A stretch of DNA of 64,000 nucleotides from Candidatus Latescibacterota bacterium (GTDB taxonomy: Bacteria > Latescibacterota > UBA2968), in the NCBI GenBank assembly GCA_965205975.1, contig OZ242195.1, forward strand, positions 4,576,001-4,640,000. Direction: 5' to 3'. The notes under the pieces were generated by a model. It was not told the origin of the DNA. It did not search any database and was given only the letters and a program-made list of their open reading frames with translations. The translations under genes and the position numbers were made by a program. This document shows, in pieces, positions 28,822-38,862 of this stretch (positions within the stretch are counted from its first letter, which is position 1; every line of letters begins with the position of its first letter).

Positions 28822-30597
28822 TCAATCCGCGACCTGTGACTCGCGGGTTGCAATGCGCGATAGTATTTCTCCATTGCGCGTGAGGTCTTGCGCCCGAACC
28901 AGGCGTGCATAGAGTCCATCGCGGTCGATGAGGGAACGGTGATTGCCCGTTTCGACCACGCGACCTTTGTCGAGTACAGCAATGGCAGGCGACCGGCGCA
29001 CGGCGGAGAGGCGGTGGGCAATGACGAGGGTGGTGCGGTTTTGCGTGAGGCGATAAAGGGCTTCTTGAATAAGTGCTTCGGTTTCAACGTCAACAGAGGA
29101 TGTGGCTTCGTCAAGGATGAGGATGGGGGCGTTTTTAAGCAGTGCTCGGGCTATGGAGAGGCGTTGTTTTTCACCGCCGGATAAGCGCACGCCGCGTTCT
29201 CCAATGATGGTGTCATATCCTTTGGGCAGGTCTCGGATAAAGGCATGGGCATTGGCTGCTTGTGCGGCTTTTCGCACCGTGCGTTCGGTCGCATCTGGAT
29301 GACCGAAGATCAGGTTTTCATATACTGTGCCGTGAAATAAAAAGACGTCTTGAAGGACTGAGGCGATGTTTTGGCGCACAAAAGAGAGGGGTAGGTCGCG
29401 CAGGTCATATCCGCCAATGCGAATCGTGCCCTGTTGAGGGTCATAAAATCGGGGCAAGAGGTTGGCAAGGGTTGATTTACCTGCGCCCGTAGGGCCGACG
29501 AGTGCAAGAATATCTCCTTCGTCAATGTACAGGTTGATGTCGTGCAAGATGGGTGTGTTGGGATCATATCCGAAGGTGAGTGCGTCGATGTCAATATCAT
29601 AGGTGATGGTTTTGGGCACGGTGACACCGGGCGCGTCGGTAATTTCTGGACGGATGGCGAGGAGTTGAAAAACGCGGTCTGTGCTGGCGGCGGCTTTTTG
29701 CAATACATCGTTAAAAGACGCCAGTTGCAAAAAAGGCTGGTAGATGTGGCCCATATAGACGATGAAGACAAATAGATCAGCTACCGAGATGCTGTCGCTG
29801 AGGGCCATGTTGCCACCGCTCCAGATGACGAGCACAATGCCCAAGCCTCCTGTGGCTTCGATGATGCCGGCGGGCAGGAGCGAGACTGTGTTGGCTTTGA
29901 TCAAGCGGTCGTGAAAGGTGGCACTGCGGTGGGTTACCTGGCGGGCGCATTCCCGTTCGCGAGCAAATGATTTGATGACGGCAATGCCCGACATGTTATC
30001 CTGTATGAGGGCGGCGAGTTCAGAGAGGCGCTCGCGCACCGCATGCCACATGGCGCGCACTTTGGATACATAGCGATAGACGAGAAATGCCGTGAGCGGG
30101 ATGGGCAATATGGCGATGATGGCGAGTTCTGGGTTGAGGTAAAAGAGCACGGCAACCATGGATATGGGGATAACCGTGGCGAGCGCGGTTTCGGGTATGC
30201 CGTGTGCAATAAAGTCTTCGATGGCTTCGATGTCGTTGATGGAGCGGGCCATGAGATTGCCGGTGCGCTGGCGATTGAAAAAGCTGTGGGATAGGTTTTG
30301 CAGGTGCTTGTACACGCGCGTCATAAGTGCGTGCATCACGCGATAGGCAGTGACGTGGGAAAAAAAGCCATAACCATAACGGGAGACACCGCGAAGCAGA
30401 TAAATCCCGAGGAGTAAGAGGCTGACTTCTATGAGGTCCCCTGCGGGTTTTGCTTCGGTGAGCCACTGGATGAGTTTGCGGATGAGCAATGGTGGGATGA
30501 GATTGGCCGCTGCAAAGATAAGCCCACAGGCGATGCAGCATGCCATAAAGAGACGGCGCCCTTCGAGCAGGTCGTAGATTTGTTTGATAAAGGCCAT
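28822..30597 (-). CDS. ABC exporter (fused TMD-NBD, MsbA-like)
   Basis: GPTGAGKS, LSGGEKQR, LDEATS. Confidence 0.93.
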   Translation of the reverse strand: MAFIKQIYDLLEGRRLFMACCIACGLIFAAANLIPPLLIRKLIQWLTEAKPAGDLIEVSLLLLGIYLLRGVSRYGYGFFSHVTAYRVMHALMTRVYKHLQNLSHSFFNRQRTGNLMARSINDIEAIEDFIAHGIPETALATVIPISMVAVLFYLNPELAIIAILPIPLTAFLVYRYVSKVRAMWHAVRERLSELAALIQDNMSGIAVIKSFARERECARQVTHRSATFHDRLIKANTVSLLPAGIIEATGGLGIVLVIWSGGNMALSDSISVADLFVFIVYMGHIYQPFLQLASFNDVLQKAAASTDRVFQLLAIRPEITDAPGVTVPKTITYDIDIDALTFGYDPNTPILHDINLYIDEGDILALVGPTGAGKSTLANLLPRFYDPQQGTIRIGGYDLRDLPLSFVRQNIASVLQDVFLFHGTVYENLIFGHPDATERTVRKAAQAANAHAFIRDLPKGYDTIIGERGVRLSGGEKQRLSIARALLKNAPILILDEATSSVDVETEALIQEALYRLTQNRTTLVIAHRLSAVRRSPAIAVLDKGRVVETGNHRSLIDRDGLYARLVRAQDLTRNGEILSRIATRESQVAD

Positions 30598-30675
30598 AAG
30601 TTTATTGTGATTTGAGGTTCGTTATGGTTGTGACCCAAACCTATTATTTGATGGGATAGAAGTCAAGAAAATAGA

Positions 30676-31698
30676 ATGGAGAAAACGACTATGGTGATTA
30701 AAACAGAGGAAGAATTGATCGATCAGATGACGACCCCGTCGCCCGAAGTGGTCGAGGCTATGTCAAAGTTAGATGGTCCCGTGATGATTTTGGGTATCGC
30801 GGGAAAGATGGGACCGACTTTGGCAGAGTTGCTACTGCGCGCTGGCGCAGATGAGGTGATTGGCGTGTCGCGGTTTTCCAATCCGCTGGATCGCGATGAT
30901 CTGGAGTCGCGGGGTATTGCGACGATCAAGTGCGATTTGCTGGACGATGAAGGGCTGGCGCGGTTGCCTCGCGTGCCGTATCTCTATTTGATGGCCGGGC
31001 ATAAGTTTGGAGCAACGGGCAATGAGCCGTTGACCTGGGCGATGAATGCGGTATTGCCCGCAAAAATTATGCAACAGTTTCCAGAGTCGCGCGTTGTTTA
31101 TGTGTCTTCTGGCAATGTTTACGAATTTGCTTCGGTGACGGGGTCGGGTGCTCGGGAGGATGCTGGTGTCAATCCGATTGGCGAATACGCCATGTCCCGG
31201 CTGGGCGGTGAACGGCTTGCCGAGTTTTATTGCAAAGAGAATCGAACGCCTCTGGCAATTGTGCGTTTGTTTTACGCGACTGAGTTGCGCTATGGCATCA
31301 TTTTGGATATTGCCGAAAAGATTAAATCCGAGACGCCTATTGATCTGTCTATGGGCCATGTCAACCAAATTTGGCAGGGCGATGCCAATGCGTATTTGGC
31401 GCGGATGTTTCCGCTTTGTGCATGTCCCGCACGGGTGGTGAATATGACGGGTAAGGATGTGTTGTCGGTGCGCGATTTGGCTTTGCAATTGGGTGAGTAT
31501 ATCGGTATTGATCCGGTGTTTGATGGCGAAGAGCGCGAGACGGCATTGTTGGGCGATGCAGGGGTGCTGTTTGAGGAGATGGGGGTGCCGCAGGTTTCTG
31601 TTGAAGAAATTGTCTCGTGGGTTGCACACTGGGTTATGAGCGATGGTCGTACGTTGGGCAAACCGACAAAATACGAGTCGAGGACAGGGGCGTTTTGA
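30676..31698 (+). CDS. NAD-dependent epimerase/dehydratase
   Basis: LGIAGKMG Rossmann motif, SSGNVY, EYAMSR. Confidence 0.85.
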   Translation: MEKTTMVIKTEEELIDQMTTPSPEVVEAMSKLDGPVMILGIAGKMGPTLAELLLRAGADEVIGVSRFSNPLDRDDLESRGIATIKCDLLDDEGLARLPRVPYLYLMAGHKFGATGNEPLTWAMNAVLPAKIMQQFPESRVVYVSSGNVYEFASVTGSGAREDAGVNPIGEYAMSRLGGERLAEFYCKENRTPLAIVRLFYATELRYGIILDIAEKIKSETPIDLSMGHVNQIWQGDANAYLARMFPLCACPARVVNMTGKDVLSVRDLALQLGEYIGIDPVFDGEERETALLGDAGVLFEEMGVPQVSVEEIVSWVAHWVMSDGRTLGKPTKYESRTGAF

Positions 31699-31795
31699 AG
31701 GGGCGAAAAATTTTTCGCCCGTACCCGTTATTGTACCACCGTAGGGGCAACCCTCGTGGTTGCCCGTTGTCGTAGGGGCGAGGCATGCCTCGCCC
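31699..31795. repeat. Cluster of three GTAG-type REP hairpins
   Basis: AGGGGCGAAAAATTTTTCGCCC, GTAGGGGCAACCCTCGTGGTTGCCC, GTAGGGGCGAGGCATGCCTCGCCC. Confidence 0.85.
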
Positions 31796-31813
31796 TTCAT
31801 TAAGGAGTATGAC

Positions 31814-33112
31814 ATGATAAAAGCAGGGATTTCAGAGGTGAATATCACGCCGCCAGTAGGGATTTCAATGTGCGGATTTGCAGCGCGCGGAGGACCATCT
31901 GAGGCGATACACGACGAGTTGTACGCCAGGGTACTGGTGCTGGATGACGGCAAGACGCAGGTCGCAATTGTGGGGGCTGATGTGATTAGTTTTGCGCCGG
32001 ATCTGGTCAATCAAATCCGGGAGTTGGTCGAGCATTCGGTTGGGATTCCCGGAAGACATATTTTACTCAATGGGTCTCATTCCCATTCGGGGCCCTCTGT
32101 GATGGCTTTCCGATGTATGGGCGACCGCGATGCAGCTTATGAAGATGTTCTGTGTCGCAAGATCGTTGGGGCTATTAAAATGGCGGCAGAAGGATTGATA
32201 CCCGCATCGCTTTCGCACGGGCGAAAATCCGTGCGTATTGCACATAACCGCAGGGAGATGCGCGATGGACGCATTGTGCTGGGCCATCATCCCAAAGGTC
32301 CCGAAGCGCCCTGGGTCGATGTGGTGCGCGTGGATACAGCAGGCGGTGTACCTGTGGCTGTTGTATTCGCGACTGCGGCGCATCCCGTGAATTTGAATGC
32401 GCTATCGATCAGTGCAGAGTTTCCGGGATATGCCGCGCAGTTTGTGCGGGATAATTTGGCGATGCCTCTGTTTTTGCAGGGTTGTTGTGGAGATATTAAC
32501 TGTTCTCCAAAGGATGGGAAATTTGAGGGATGCGAGTTGTTGGGCACGCGTCTGGGCGCGGTCACGGTGACGGCTGCGTTACATGCCGAGAGGCTGGAGG
32601 GTGATGAGCTGAAGGTGAATAATCGAGTTGTCGAATTGCCTCTTATGGTACCCGATGTCGATGAAGCAGAGCGTGCACTTGCAGATGCCACAGCGAATTT
32701 GCAACGCGTGCGAGGGGACAAAAATATAACGCCTTACCGACGGCGTCAACAATACGCAGGGATGGTCGGGTGGGCAAAGGATTATGTGCGGGCTGCGAAA
32801 AGAGGCGGAAGTCCAACAGAGTCGTTTGAGATTCAGACCATGCATATTGGCAATTTGGCAGTGGTGGGATATCCAGGGGAGATGTTTGTCGATTACCAGT
32901 TGTTTTTAGATGATGCTTCTCCTTTTGATAGAACTATCGCACTGGGATATACCAATGGGTGTATTGGGTATGTTCCGACTGCGGATGCCTATCCTGTTGG
33001 TGGATATGAAGTCGAACAAGCTTTTAAGTATTATGGAACATTAATGATGGGTGCGGAGTGTGAAGATATGATTAAAACGACGACGGTTGATATGCTGAGA
33101 GAGATGACATAA
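31814..33112 (+). CDS. Neutral/alkaline ceramidase-like hydrolase
   Basis: HDELYARVLVL, SHSHSGP, AAHP, ISAEFPG, GCCGD, PGEMF, GGYE; TAAGGAG RBS. Confidence 0.85.
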   Translation: MIKAGISEVNITPPVGISMCGFAARGGPSEAIHDELYARVLVLDDGKTQVAIVGADVISFAPDLVNQIRELVEHSVGIPGRHILLNGSHSHSGPSVMAFRCMGDRDAAYEDVLCRKIVGAIKMAAEGLIPASLSHGRKSVRIAHNRREMRDGRIVLGHHPKGPEAPWVDVVRVDTAGGVPVAVVFATAAHPVNLNALSISAEFPGYAAQFVRDNLAMPLFLQGCCGDINCSPKDGKFEGCELLGTRLGAVTVTAALHAERLEGDELKVNNRVVELPLMVPDVDEAERALADATANLQRVRGDKNITPYRRRQQYAGMVGWAKDYVRAAKRGGSPTESFEIQTMHIGNLAVVGYPGEMFVDYQLFLDDASPFDRTIALGYTNGCIGYVPTADAYPVGGYEVEQAFKYYGTLMMGAECEDMIKTTTVDMLREMT

Positions 33113-33334
33113 GGAAAAAAATGTCTATATATTGTATAATAAAGTATTTATACCACCTGAAATTGTAGAAATCGCTTGACAGGTAGCTTGTATATTCATA
33201 GATATATATTTTGTGAGAGTATTTATTTGGTGGTGGTTCTCTATAAGCGCGGGTTATATGTACGCCGAGATCCATCATATCTCATCAAGCCAGATCCCAA
33301 TAGCCGATTCATCGGCACTGTTGTGGGGGCTGCA

Positions 33335-34519
33335 ATGTATCGAAACGTTTTCTATATGATGCTGGTCGTGCTTTTTCCCCTTTCGGGATACGCGCAATCA
33401 GATATCGATATCGATTTTGACAATAACGGCGTCGTTGATGAGCAAGATCTCGCAGCTCTGACCGCAGCTTTTGGTACAAATCAGGCGCAGTATGATTTGC
33501 ACCCAGATGGCGTGATTAATTTTCAAGATCTTATTATTTTTGCTGGTGCTTACAACCAGAGAGATACCTCTGAAGTCGTGCCGATTACCAGAGATGTCGA
33601 GGAGCAAGTAGCTTCTGCTCAGGTCGAATTTTTTGAGCTTTCGACGAATAGCCGGCCAAATGATCTGGCGATAGACCCTCAAGGGTATATATGGTTTACA
33701 GAGGTGGGGGGCAATGCAATTGGCCGATTAGAGCCGCGCACAGATATGATTCTCAGATTTTCTTTGACCACGACGGGTGCGCAACCACACAGTATTGCCC
33801 TCGATAGTCAGGGGCACGTCTGGTTTACTGAAATTGCCGCCAATCGAATTGGTGTGCTGGCTCCTTTCTCTGGGGATATCCAGGAGTTTACTATTCCGAC
33901 TCCGGGCAGTCGGCCAATGAATTTGAAATTTGACGATCAAGGGAGGATCTGGTTTATCGAGAGTGCAGCCGATCGCATTGCCCGTTTGGACCCCGTCACT
34001 GAAACGATAGAAGAATTTTCAATTGGCGAACAAGATGTCGCGCTTGGTTCGCTTCAGATAGATGACAGTGGACAGGTCTGGTTTGTCGATCGCGAGCAAA
34101 GCCTGTTGGGTACGCTCGACCCCGATACCGAAGAGATTACAACCTTTTCGCTTCCAAGTGATAGTCTTGCAATTGGGCAAATGGGATTGGATTCAGTGGG
34201 GAAGGTGTGGTTTACGGATACGGATTCGACAAGGCTGGGCATGTTTGATTTTGTCTCCAGGCAAACGAGCTATTTCCGATTTCCCGAAAAGATGGAATCT
34301 CCTTATGCTTTGGAGGTCGATTCGAATGATCGCGTGTGGGTCGGTGGACAATCGTCGGGATGGCTGACCAGTTTTAGTTTGCAAGATACGACGTTTACAC
34401 TCTATGGGATTTCCGATGATGATGTTGAGGTCAAAAACTTGCGCGTTGATCCCAGAGGTGTTGTCTGGATTGTCGATTCAACCGGGAATCGAATTGGACG
34501 TATTGAAACGTCTGATTAA
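33335..34519 (+). CDS. Secreted Vgb-lyase-like beta-propeller with N-terminal dockerin/EF-hand-like module
   Basis: DFDNNGVVDEQD...YDLHPDGVINFQD; repeated G.IWFTE...N.IG blades. Confidence 0.82.
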   Translation: MYRNVFYMMLVVLFPLSGYAQSDIDIDFDNNGVVDEQDLAALTAAFGTNQAQYDLHPDGVINFQDLIIFAGAYNQRDTSEVVPITRDVEEQVASAQVEFFELSTNSRPNDLAIDPQGYIWFTEVGGNAIGRLEPRTDMILRFSLTTTGAQPHSIALDSQGHVWFTEIAANRIGVLAPFSGDIQEFTIPTPGSRPMNLKFDDQGRIWFIESAADRIARLDPVTETIEEFSIGEQDVALGSLQIDDSGQVWFVDREQSLLGTLDPDTEEITTFSLPSDSLAIGQMGLDSVGKVWFTDTDSTRLGMFDFVSRQTSYFRFPEKMESPYALEVDSNDRVWVGGQSSGWLTSFSLQDTTFTLYGISDDDVEVKNLRVDPRGVVWIVDSTGNRIGRIETSD

Positions 34520-34579
34520 CTGTTTGTCTAATCGCCAGAGGAACAGATTTTTAGGACAAGCAAGAGTAGGTCTGCAAGC

Positions 34580-34609
34580 AAAGCACTCTATATTTAGAGT
34601 GCTTTTTTT
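34580..34609 (+). terminator. Intrinsic terminator
   Basis: AAAGCACTCTA/TAGAGTGCTTT with T-tract. Confidence 0.75.
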
Positions 34610-34682
34610 ATTTAAAAAGGCGTTGACACACCAGAAGGCACATACTATATACTTTTACGCTAAACATGAGGAGCCAACGGTT

Positions 34683-36086
34683 ATGAAATATTGCAATGCC
34701 ATTTTTTGTTTTGCTCTTATCGGATTGCTGGTTTTGCCCTGTGATGCCGATCAGTTGGTGCTGATGTCGCCACATTCAGATGAGATCCAAAATGAGTTTG
34801 AGTCAGCTTTTGTGGCTTTTTATCAAAAGACTACAGGACGAGATGTGCGGGTAGAATGGCTCGATATCGGTGCGGGTACGAGTGCGATTTTGCGTTATAT
34901 CAAATCGGAATTTGGGCGGTCGCCAGAAGGCATTGGCATCGATATCTTTTTTGGTGGGGGCACCACGCCTTATGTGGATTTGTCTGAGCGAGGGCTGTGT
35001 CAATCCTATCGGTTGTCCGATGCCGCGCTCAATCGATTACCCGCGCAGATTGGAGGGGTTCCGCTTTACGATTCGGCCTATCAATGGTATGGTGCAACGC
35101 TGTCTGGTTTTGGTATTGTGTATAATCGGCGCGTGCTTGAAATTTTGAATTTGCCTATCCCCCAAACCTGGGCGGATTTGGGGGCACCGGAATTGTTCTC
35201 GTGGGTTGGTTCGGGCGATCCGCGCAAGAGTGGCAGCGTGCATATGGCTTATGAATTAATTTTGCAGGCTTATGGCTGGGAAAGAGGATGGGAAGTGATT
35301 ACCACAATGGGGGCCAATGTGCGAAATTTTGGACAAGGTGGTTCTTATGCGCCCAGGGAAGTTGCTATGGGTGAGGTGGCTTATGGTTTGTCTATCGACT
35401 TTTATGCCTGGGCACAAGTCGCAGAAGTAGGCGATGAATACGTGGGCTTTGTGATGCCCGATAATTTGACTATTGTCAATCCCGATGGTATTGCCATATT
35501 AAAGGGTGCGCCAAACCTGGAGGTGGCACAGGTGTTTTTGGAGTTTGTGATGTCCGATGCGGGGCAAAAACTCTGGTTTTTAAAAAAGGGCGTACCGGGC
35601 GGTCCTGTCGTGAAGCAGTTGAATCGGTTTACCGTATTGCCCGATTTGTACACGCGCTATCAGAGTGATGCTGCGGTGACGTTAAATCCCTTTGAATGGC
35701 GTTCCGATTTGATATACGATGCTGAACTGGGCAGTGGGCGATGGCGCGTGTTGAACGATTTGATCGGCGTGATGGTTATTGACTCGCATCAGGCATTACA
35801 AGCTGCCTGGAAGGACGCGATGACAGATGGCGTGTCAGCGGAAGAACGCAAGACGCTGTCATCTGTTCCCATTTCAGAGGCTGAAGCACTGAAATGGGAG
35901 CGGTCATGGGGAGATGCCGAGATGCGCAATCGGACAATGGCTGGTTGGACGGATTTTGTGCGCGACAAATACGTTACTCGCGATGTACCTTTGTCTGTGC
36001 GTATCACCAATGCGATTACTCTGTTTTTTCCTATGGGTATTGCCGGCTGTGTAGTGGCTTATTTGTGGCGTTTGCGCAGAAATTAA
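34683..36086 (+). CDS. ABC substrate-binding protein (Fe3+/AfuA-like) with C-terminal TM
   Basis: DIFFGGG, DPRKSGS, PDGIAILKGAPN; C-terminal hydrophobic helix + RLRRN. Confidence 0.85.
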   Translation: MKYCNAIFCFALIGLLVLPCDADQLVLMSPHSDEIQNEFESAFVAFYQKTTGRDVRVEWLDIGAGTSAILRYIKSEFGRSPEGIGIDIFFGGGTTPYVDLSERGLCQSYRLSDAALNRLPAQIGGVPLYDSAYQWYGATLSGFGIVYNRRVLEILNLPIPQTWADLGAPELFSWVGSGDPRKSGSVHMAYELILQAYGWERGWEVITTMGANVRNFGQGGSYAPREVAMGEVAYGLSIDFYAWAQVAEVGDEYVGFVMPDNLTIVNPDGIAILKGAPNLEVAQVFLEFVMSDAGQKLWFLKKGVPGGPVVKQLNRFTVLPDLYTRYQSDAAVTLNPFEWRSDLIYDAELGSGRWRVLNDLIGVMVIDSHQALQAAWKDAMTDGVSAEERKTLSSVPISEAEALKWERSWGDAEMRNRTMAGWTDFVRDKYVTRDVPLSVRITNAITLFFPMGIAGCVVAYLWRLRRN

Positions 36087-36098
36087 AAAGGGTGCGAC

Positions 36099-37190
36099 AT
36101 GTTCGGAATCAGGCTGGAAAATGTGACCAAGCGTTTTGACAATGTTCTGGCATTGGATCGCATCAATCTGGAAATTGACGCGGGGGAGTTCTTTTTTTTG
36201 TTGGGTCCCTCTGGTTGTGGGAAAACTACGTTGCTGCGTATTTTGGCGGGTTTTGAGCAGCCCGAGAGTGGTCGGGTGCTTTTTGATGAACGCGATGTGA
36301 CTGCTGTGCCTCCGCACGAGCGCAATACGGGCATGGTGTTTCAGAATTATGCCTTGTGGCCTCACATGACGGTTTGGAAAAATGTGGAATACGGCCTTAC
36401 GATGCGCAATATGCCACAGCACGAGCGCGACCAAAAAGTGAAGCGCGCTCTGGAAATGGTTCAGATGAGTGGTTATGCCAGGCGGTCGCCCAATCAGCTT
36501 TCGGGGGGGCAGCAACAGCGCGTGGCACTGGCGCGGGCACTGGTTATAGAACCGGATGTTGTGTTGTTGGACGAGCCGCTTTCCAATCTGGATGCGCGAT
36601 TGCGGTTGGAGATGCGCGAGCAGTTGCTGGATTTACAGCGGACTCTGGATGTTACGATGATTTATGTGACACACGATCAAAAAGAAGCGCTGGCTATGGG
36701 CGAGCGCATTGCGGTTATGCAGATGGGTAAGGTGGCGCAAATCGGTACACCACGCGATGTTTACAGGCAACCACTCACGCGCTTTGTCGCGGATTTTATT
36801 GGCGAGATCAATTTGATTTCTGGGGAGATAAAATCTGTGGAATCCGGGGTGGTTGCTGCAACAGATGTGGGGGATATTCTCGGGCAGGCGGGATATGAGG
36901 GTATTCAGGTTGGGGATCGGGTGTTGTGCGCGATTCGGCCCGAGGCGATAGGTTTTCTTTTAGATGAATCTGGGGCGGTAGATAATGTCATTTTTGGGCA
37001 TGTGCGGCGTGCAATTTATCTGGGCGAAGTCGAACAATTTTTTGTTGAATTGGCAAGTGGAGATCAGGTCAAATTAATTAAATACGACGCGACTATGCAG
37101 CACGTACAACCCGGCGATGAGGTACGACTGGGGTTTTCGCAAGTGGTCATGTTGCGCGATGAAGCGGAGGACCGCGATGAAGCGGTTTGA
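36099..37190 (+). CDS. ABC importer ATPase (PotA/FbpC-like, TOBE)
   Basis: GPSGCGKT, LSGGQQQR, LLDEP, YVTHDQ. Confidence 0.93.
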   Translation: MFGIRLENVTKRFDNVLALDRINLEIDAGEFFFLLGPSGCGKTTLLRILAGFEQPESGRVLFDERDVTAVPPHERNTGMVFQNYALWPHMTVWKNVEYGLTMRNMPQHERDQKVKRALEMVQMSGYARRSPNQLSGGQQQRVALARALVIEPDVVLLDEPLSNLDARLRLEMREQLLDLQRTLDVTMIYVTHDQKEALAMGERIAVMQMGKVAQIGTPRDVYRQPLTRFVADFIGEINLISGEIKSVESGVVAATDVGDILGQAGYEGIQVGDRVLCAIRPEAIGFLLDESGAVDNVIFGHVRRAIYLGEVEQFFVELASGDQVKLIKYDATMQHVQPGDEVRLGFSQVVMLRDEAEDRDEAV

Positions 37191-38862
37191 TCTCAATTGG
37201 CCCACGCTCATTTTTCTGGTGGGGTTGATCGGCTTTTTTGTCTTGTTTTTGTTTTATCCTCTATGGTATGCTTTTGTGCAGTCGCTGGTGGTGGATGGCA
37301 GGTTCACGTTTGCGTTTTACGAATTAATGGTGACGAGTCCGGTTTATCAGGAATCTATTCTCAATAGTTTTCGGCTGGGGATGATTACGACCATTGCGAC
37401 TACGTTGCTCAGTTTGCCTCTGGCGTTTTTGCTGGTGCGATACGATTTTGCTGGCAAAGGATTTCTCAATGGTTTGATTCTGGTGCCTATGGTTTTGCCC
37501 CCGTTTGTAGGGGCGATTGGCATGAAGCAGATGTTTGCGCGTTTTGGTTCTATCAATTTGTTGCTTCTGGATTTGGGGCTTATCGATCAGCCCATAGATT
37601 GGTTTGGCGGCGGTGGCTTTGTGGGTGTGGTGATTTTAGAGGTGCTGCATCTCTACCCCATTATGTATCTCAATGTGGCCGCTGCGCTTGCCAATGTCGA
37701 TCCGAGTCTGGAAGAGGCGGCGCGCAATATGGGTAGCCGCGGGTTTCGCCTTTTTCGCACGGTGACATTTCCGCTGATGTTGCCGGGCTATTTTGCCGGG
37801 GCGATTATTGTTTTTATCTGGGCGTTTACCGATTTGGGGACGCCGCTTATTTTTAATTATCGCCAGGTTGTGGCGGTCGAGATTTTCAATTCTATTGAGG
37901 ATATTAACGAAAATCCGATGGCTTACGCGCTCGTTGTCTTTGTGTTGCTGTTGACGGTCTTTTTCTTTTATCTGTCAAAGGCGACGCTGGGCAATCGCCG
38001 CTATGAGATGATTGCGCGAGGGTATATCAGTTCGGGATCGCGCCCCGCTTCTCGCGGGATGACGGTGTTGATTTACGCCGCGATGCTGTCGCTTACGGGC
38101 ATTGCTCTGATTCCGCATATGAGTGTGTTTTTGACGTCTATTGCCGAACGCTGGTTTATGGCTGTGCTGCCCCAGGAGACGACCGGGCGATTTTATACGA
38201 TGGTTTTTGAACATCCGATGTCTCTGTCCAGTATTGAGATGAGTCTGATATTGAGTGTGTTGAGTACGACGCTGGATGTTGTTCTGGGTATTGCCATTGC
38301 CTATTTGTTGACGCGTACCCGCATCCCGTATAAGGGCGTTTTAGATGCGGTGGCGATGTTGCCTTTAGCCCTGCCCGGTCTGGTGCTGGCTTTTGGGTAT
38401 TTGGCGGGATATTCGGGCACTTTTTTAGATGCGCGGCACTATCCCGTGCCACTGCTGGTTATTGCCTATGCGGTGCGGCGGTTGCCCTATATGGTGCGCG
38501 CGGCGTATGCGGGATTTCAGCAGACGAGTGTGACGCTGGAAGAGGCGGCTCAGAATTTGGGGGCTTCCCGGTTGCGCACGCTTTTTCAAATTACATTTCC
38601 GCTGATTTTAGCCAATCTGGTGGCTGGCGGTATTTTGTGTTTTGCGTTTGCCATGCTCGAGGTGAGCGATAGTTTGATTTTGGCACTCAAGGACGAGTAC
38701 TATCCCATCACAAAAGCGATTTACGCGCTTATGGGGCGCATTGCAGATGGCGCGTATTTGGCCAGTGCGATGGGTGTTTTTGGTATGGTGTTGCTGATTG
38801 TGAGTTTGTTTTTGGCCGGGCGATTTTTGGGCAGGCGCATGGGCGAGTTGTTCCGCGCATGA
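37177..38862 (+). CDS. ABC importer double permease (FbpB-like)
   Basis: Two EAA loops (LEEAARNMG, LEEAAQNLG). Confidence 0.92.
   Translation: MKRFDLNWPTLIFLVGLIGFFVLFLFYPLWYAFVQSLVVDGRFTFAFYELMVTSPVYQESILNSFRLGMITTIATTLLSLPLAFLLVRYDFAGKGFLNGLILVPMVLPPFVGAIGMKQMFARFGSINLLLLDLGLIDQPIDWFGGGGFVGVVILEVLHLYPIMYLNVAAALANVDPSLEEAARNMGSRGFRLFRTVTFPLMLPGYFAGAIIVFIWAFTDLGTPLIFNYRQVVAVEIFNSIEDINENPMAYALVVFVLLLTVFFFYLSKATLGNRRYEMIARGYISSGSRPASRGMTVLIYAAMLSLTGIALIPHMSVFLTSIAERWFMAVLPQETTGRFYTMVFEHPMSLSSIEMSLILSVLSTTLDVVLGIAIAYLLTRTRIPYKGVLDAVAMLPLALPGLVLAFGYLAGYSGTFLDARHYPVPLLVIAYAVRRLPYMVRAAYAGFQQTSVTLEEAAQNLGASRLRTLFQITFPLILANLVAGGILCFAFAMLEVSDSLILALKDEYYPITKAIYALMGRIADGAYLASAMGVFGMVLLIVSLFLAGRFLGRRMGELFRA

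Noticed and set aside
31699..31795. Possible CRISPR array
   Set aside because: Units differ in sequence and lack regular spacers; no cas genes; they are REP hairpins.
30832..32010. 392-aa minus-strand ORF
   Set aside because: Antisense shadow of the epimerase and ceramidase-like genes and crosses REPs; no motifs.
33335..34519. Virginiamycin B resistance gene
   Set aside because: Only fold-level similarity; the signal peptide and dockerin-like tag argue for another function.
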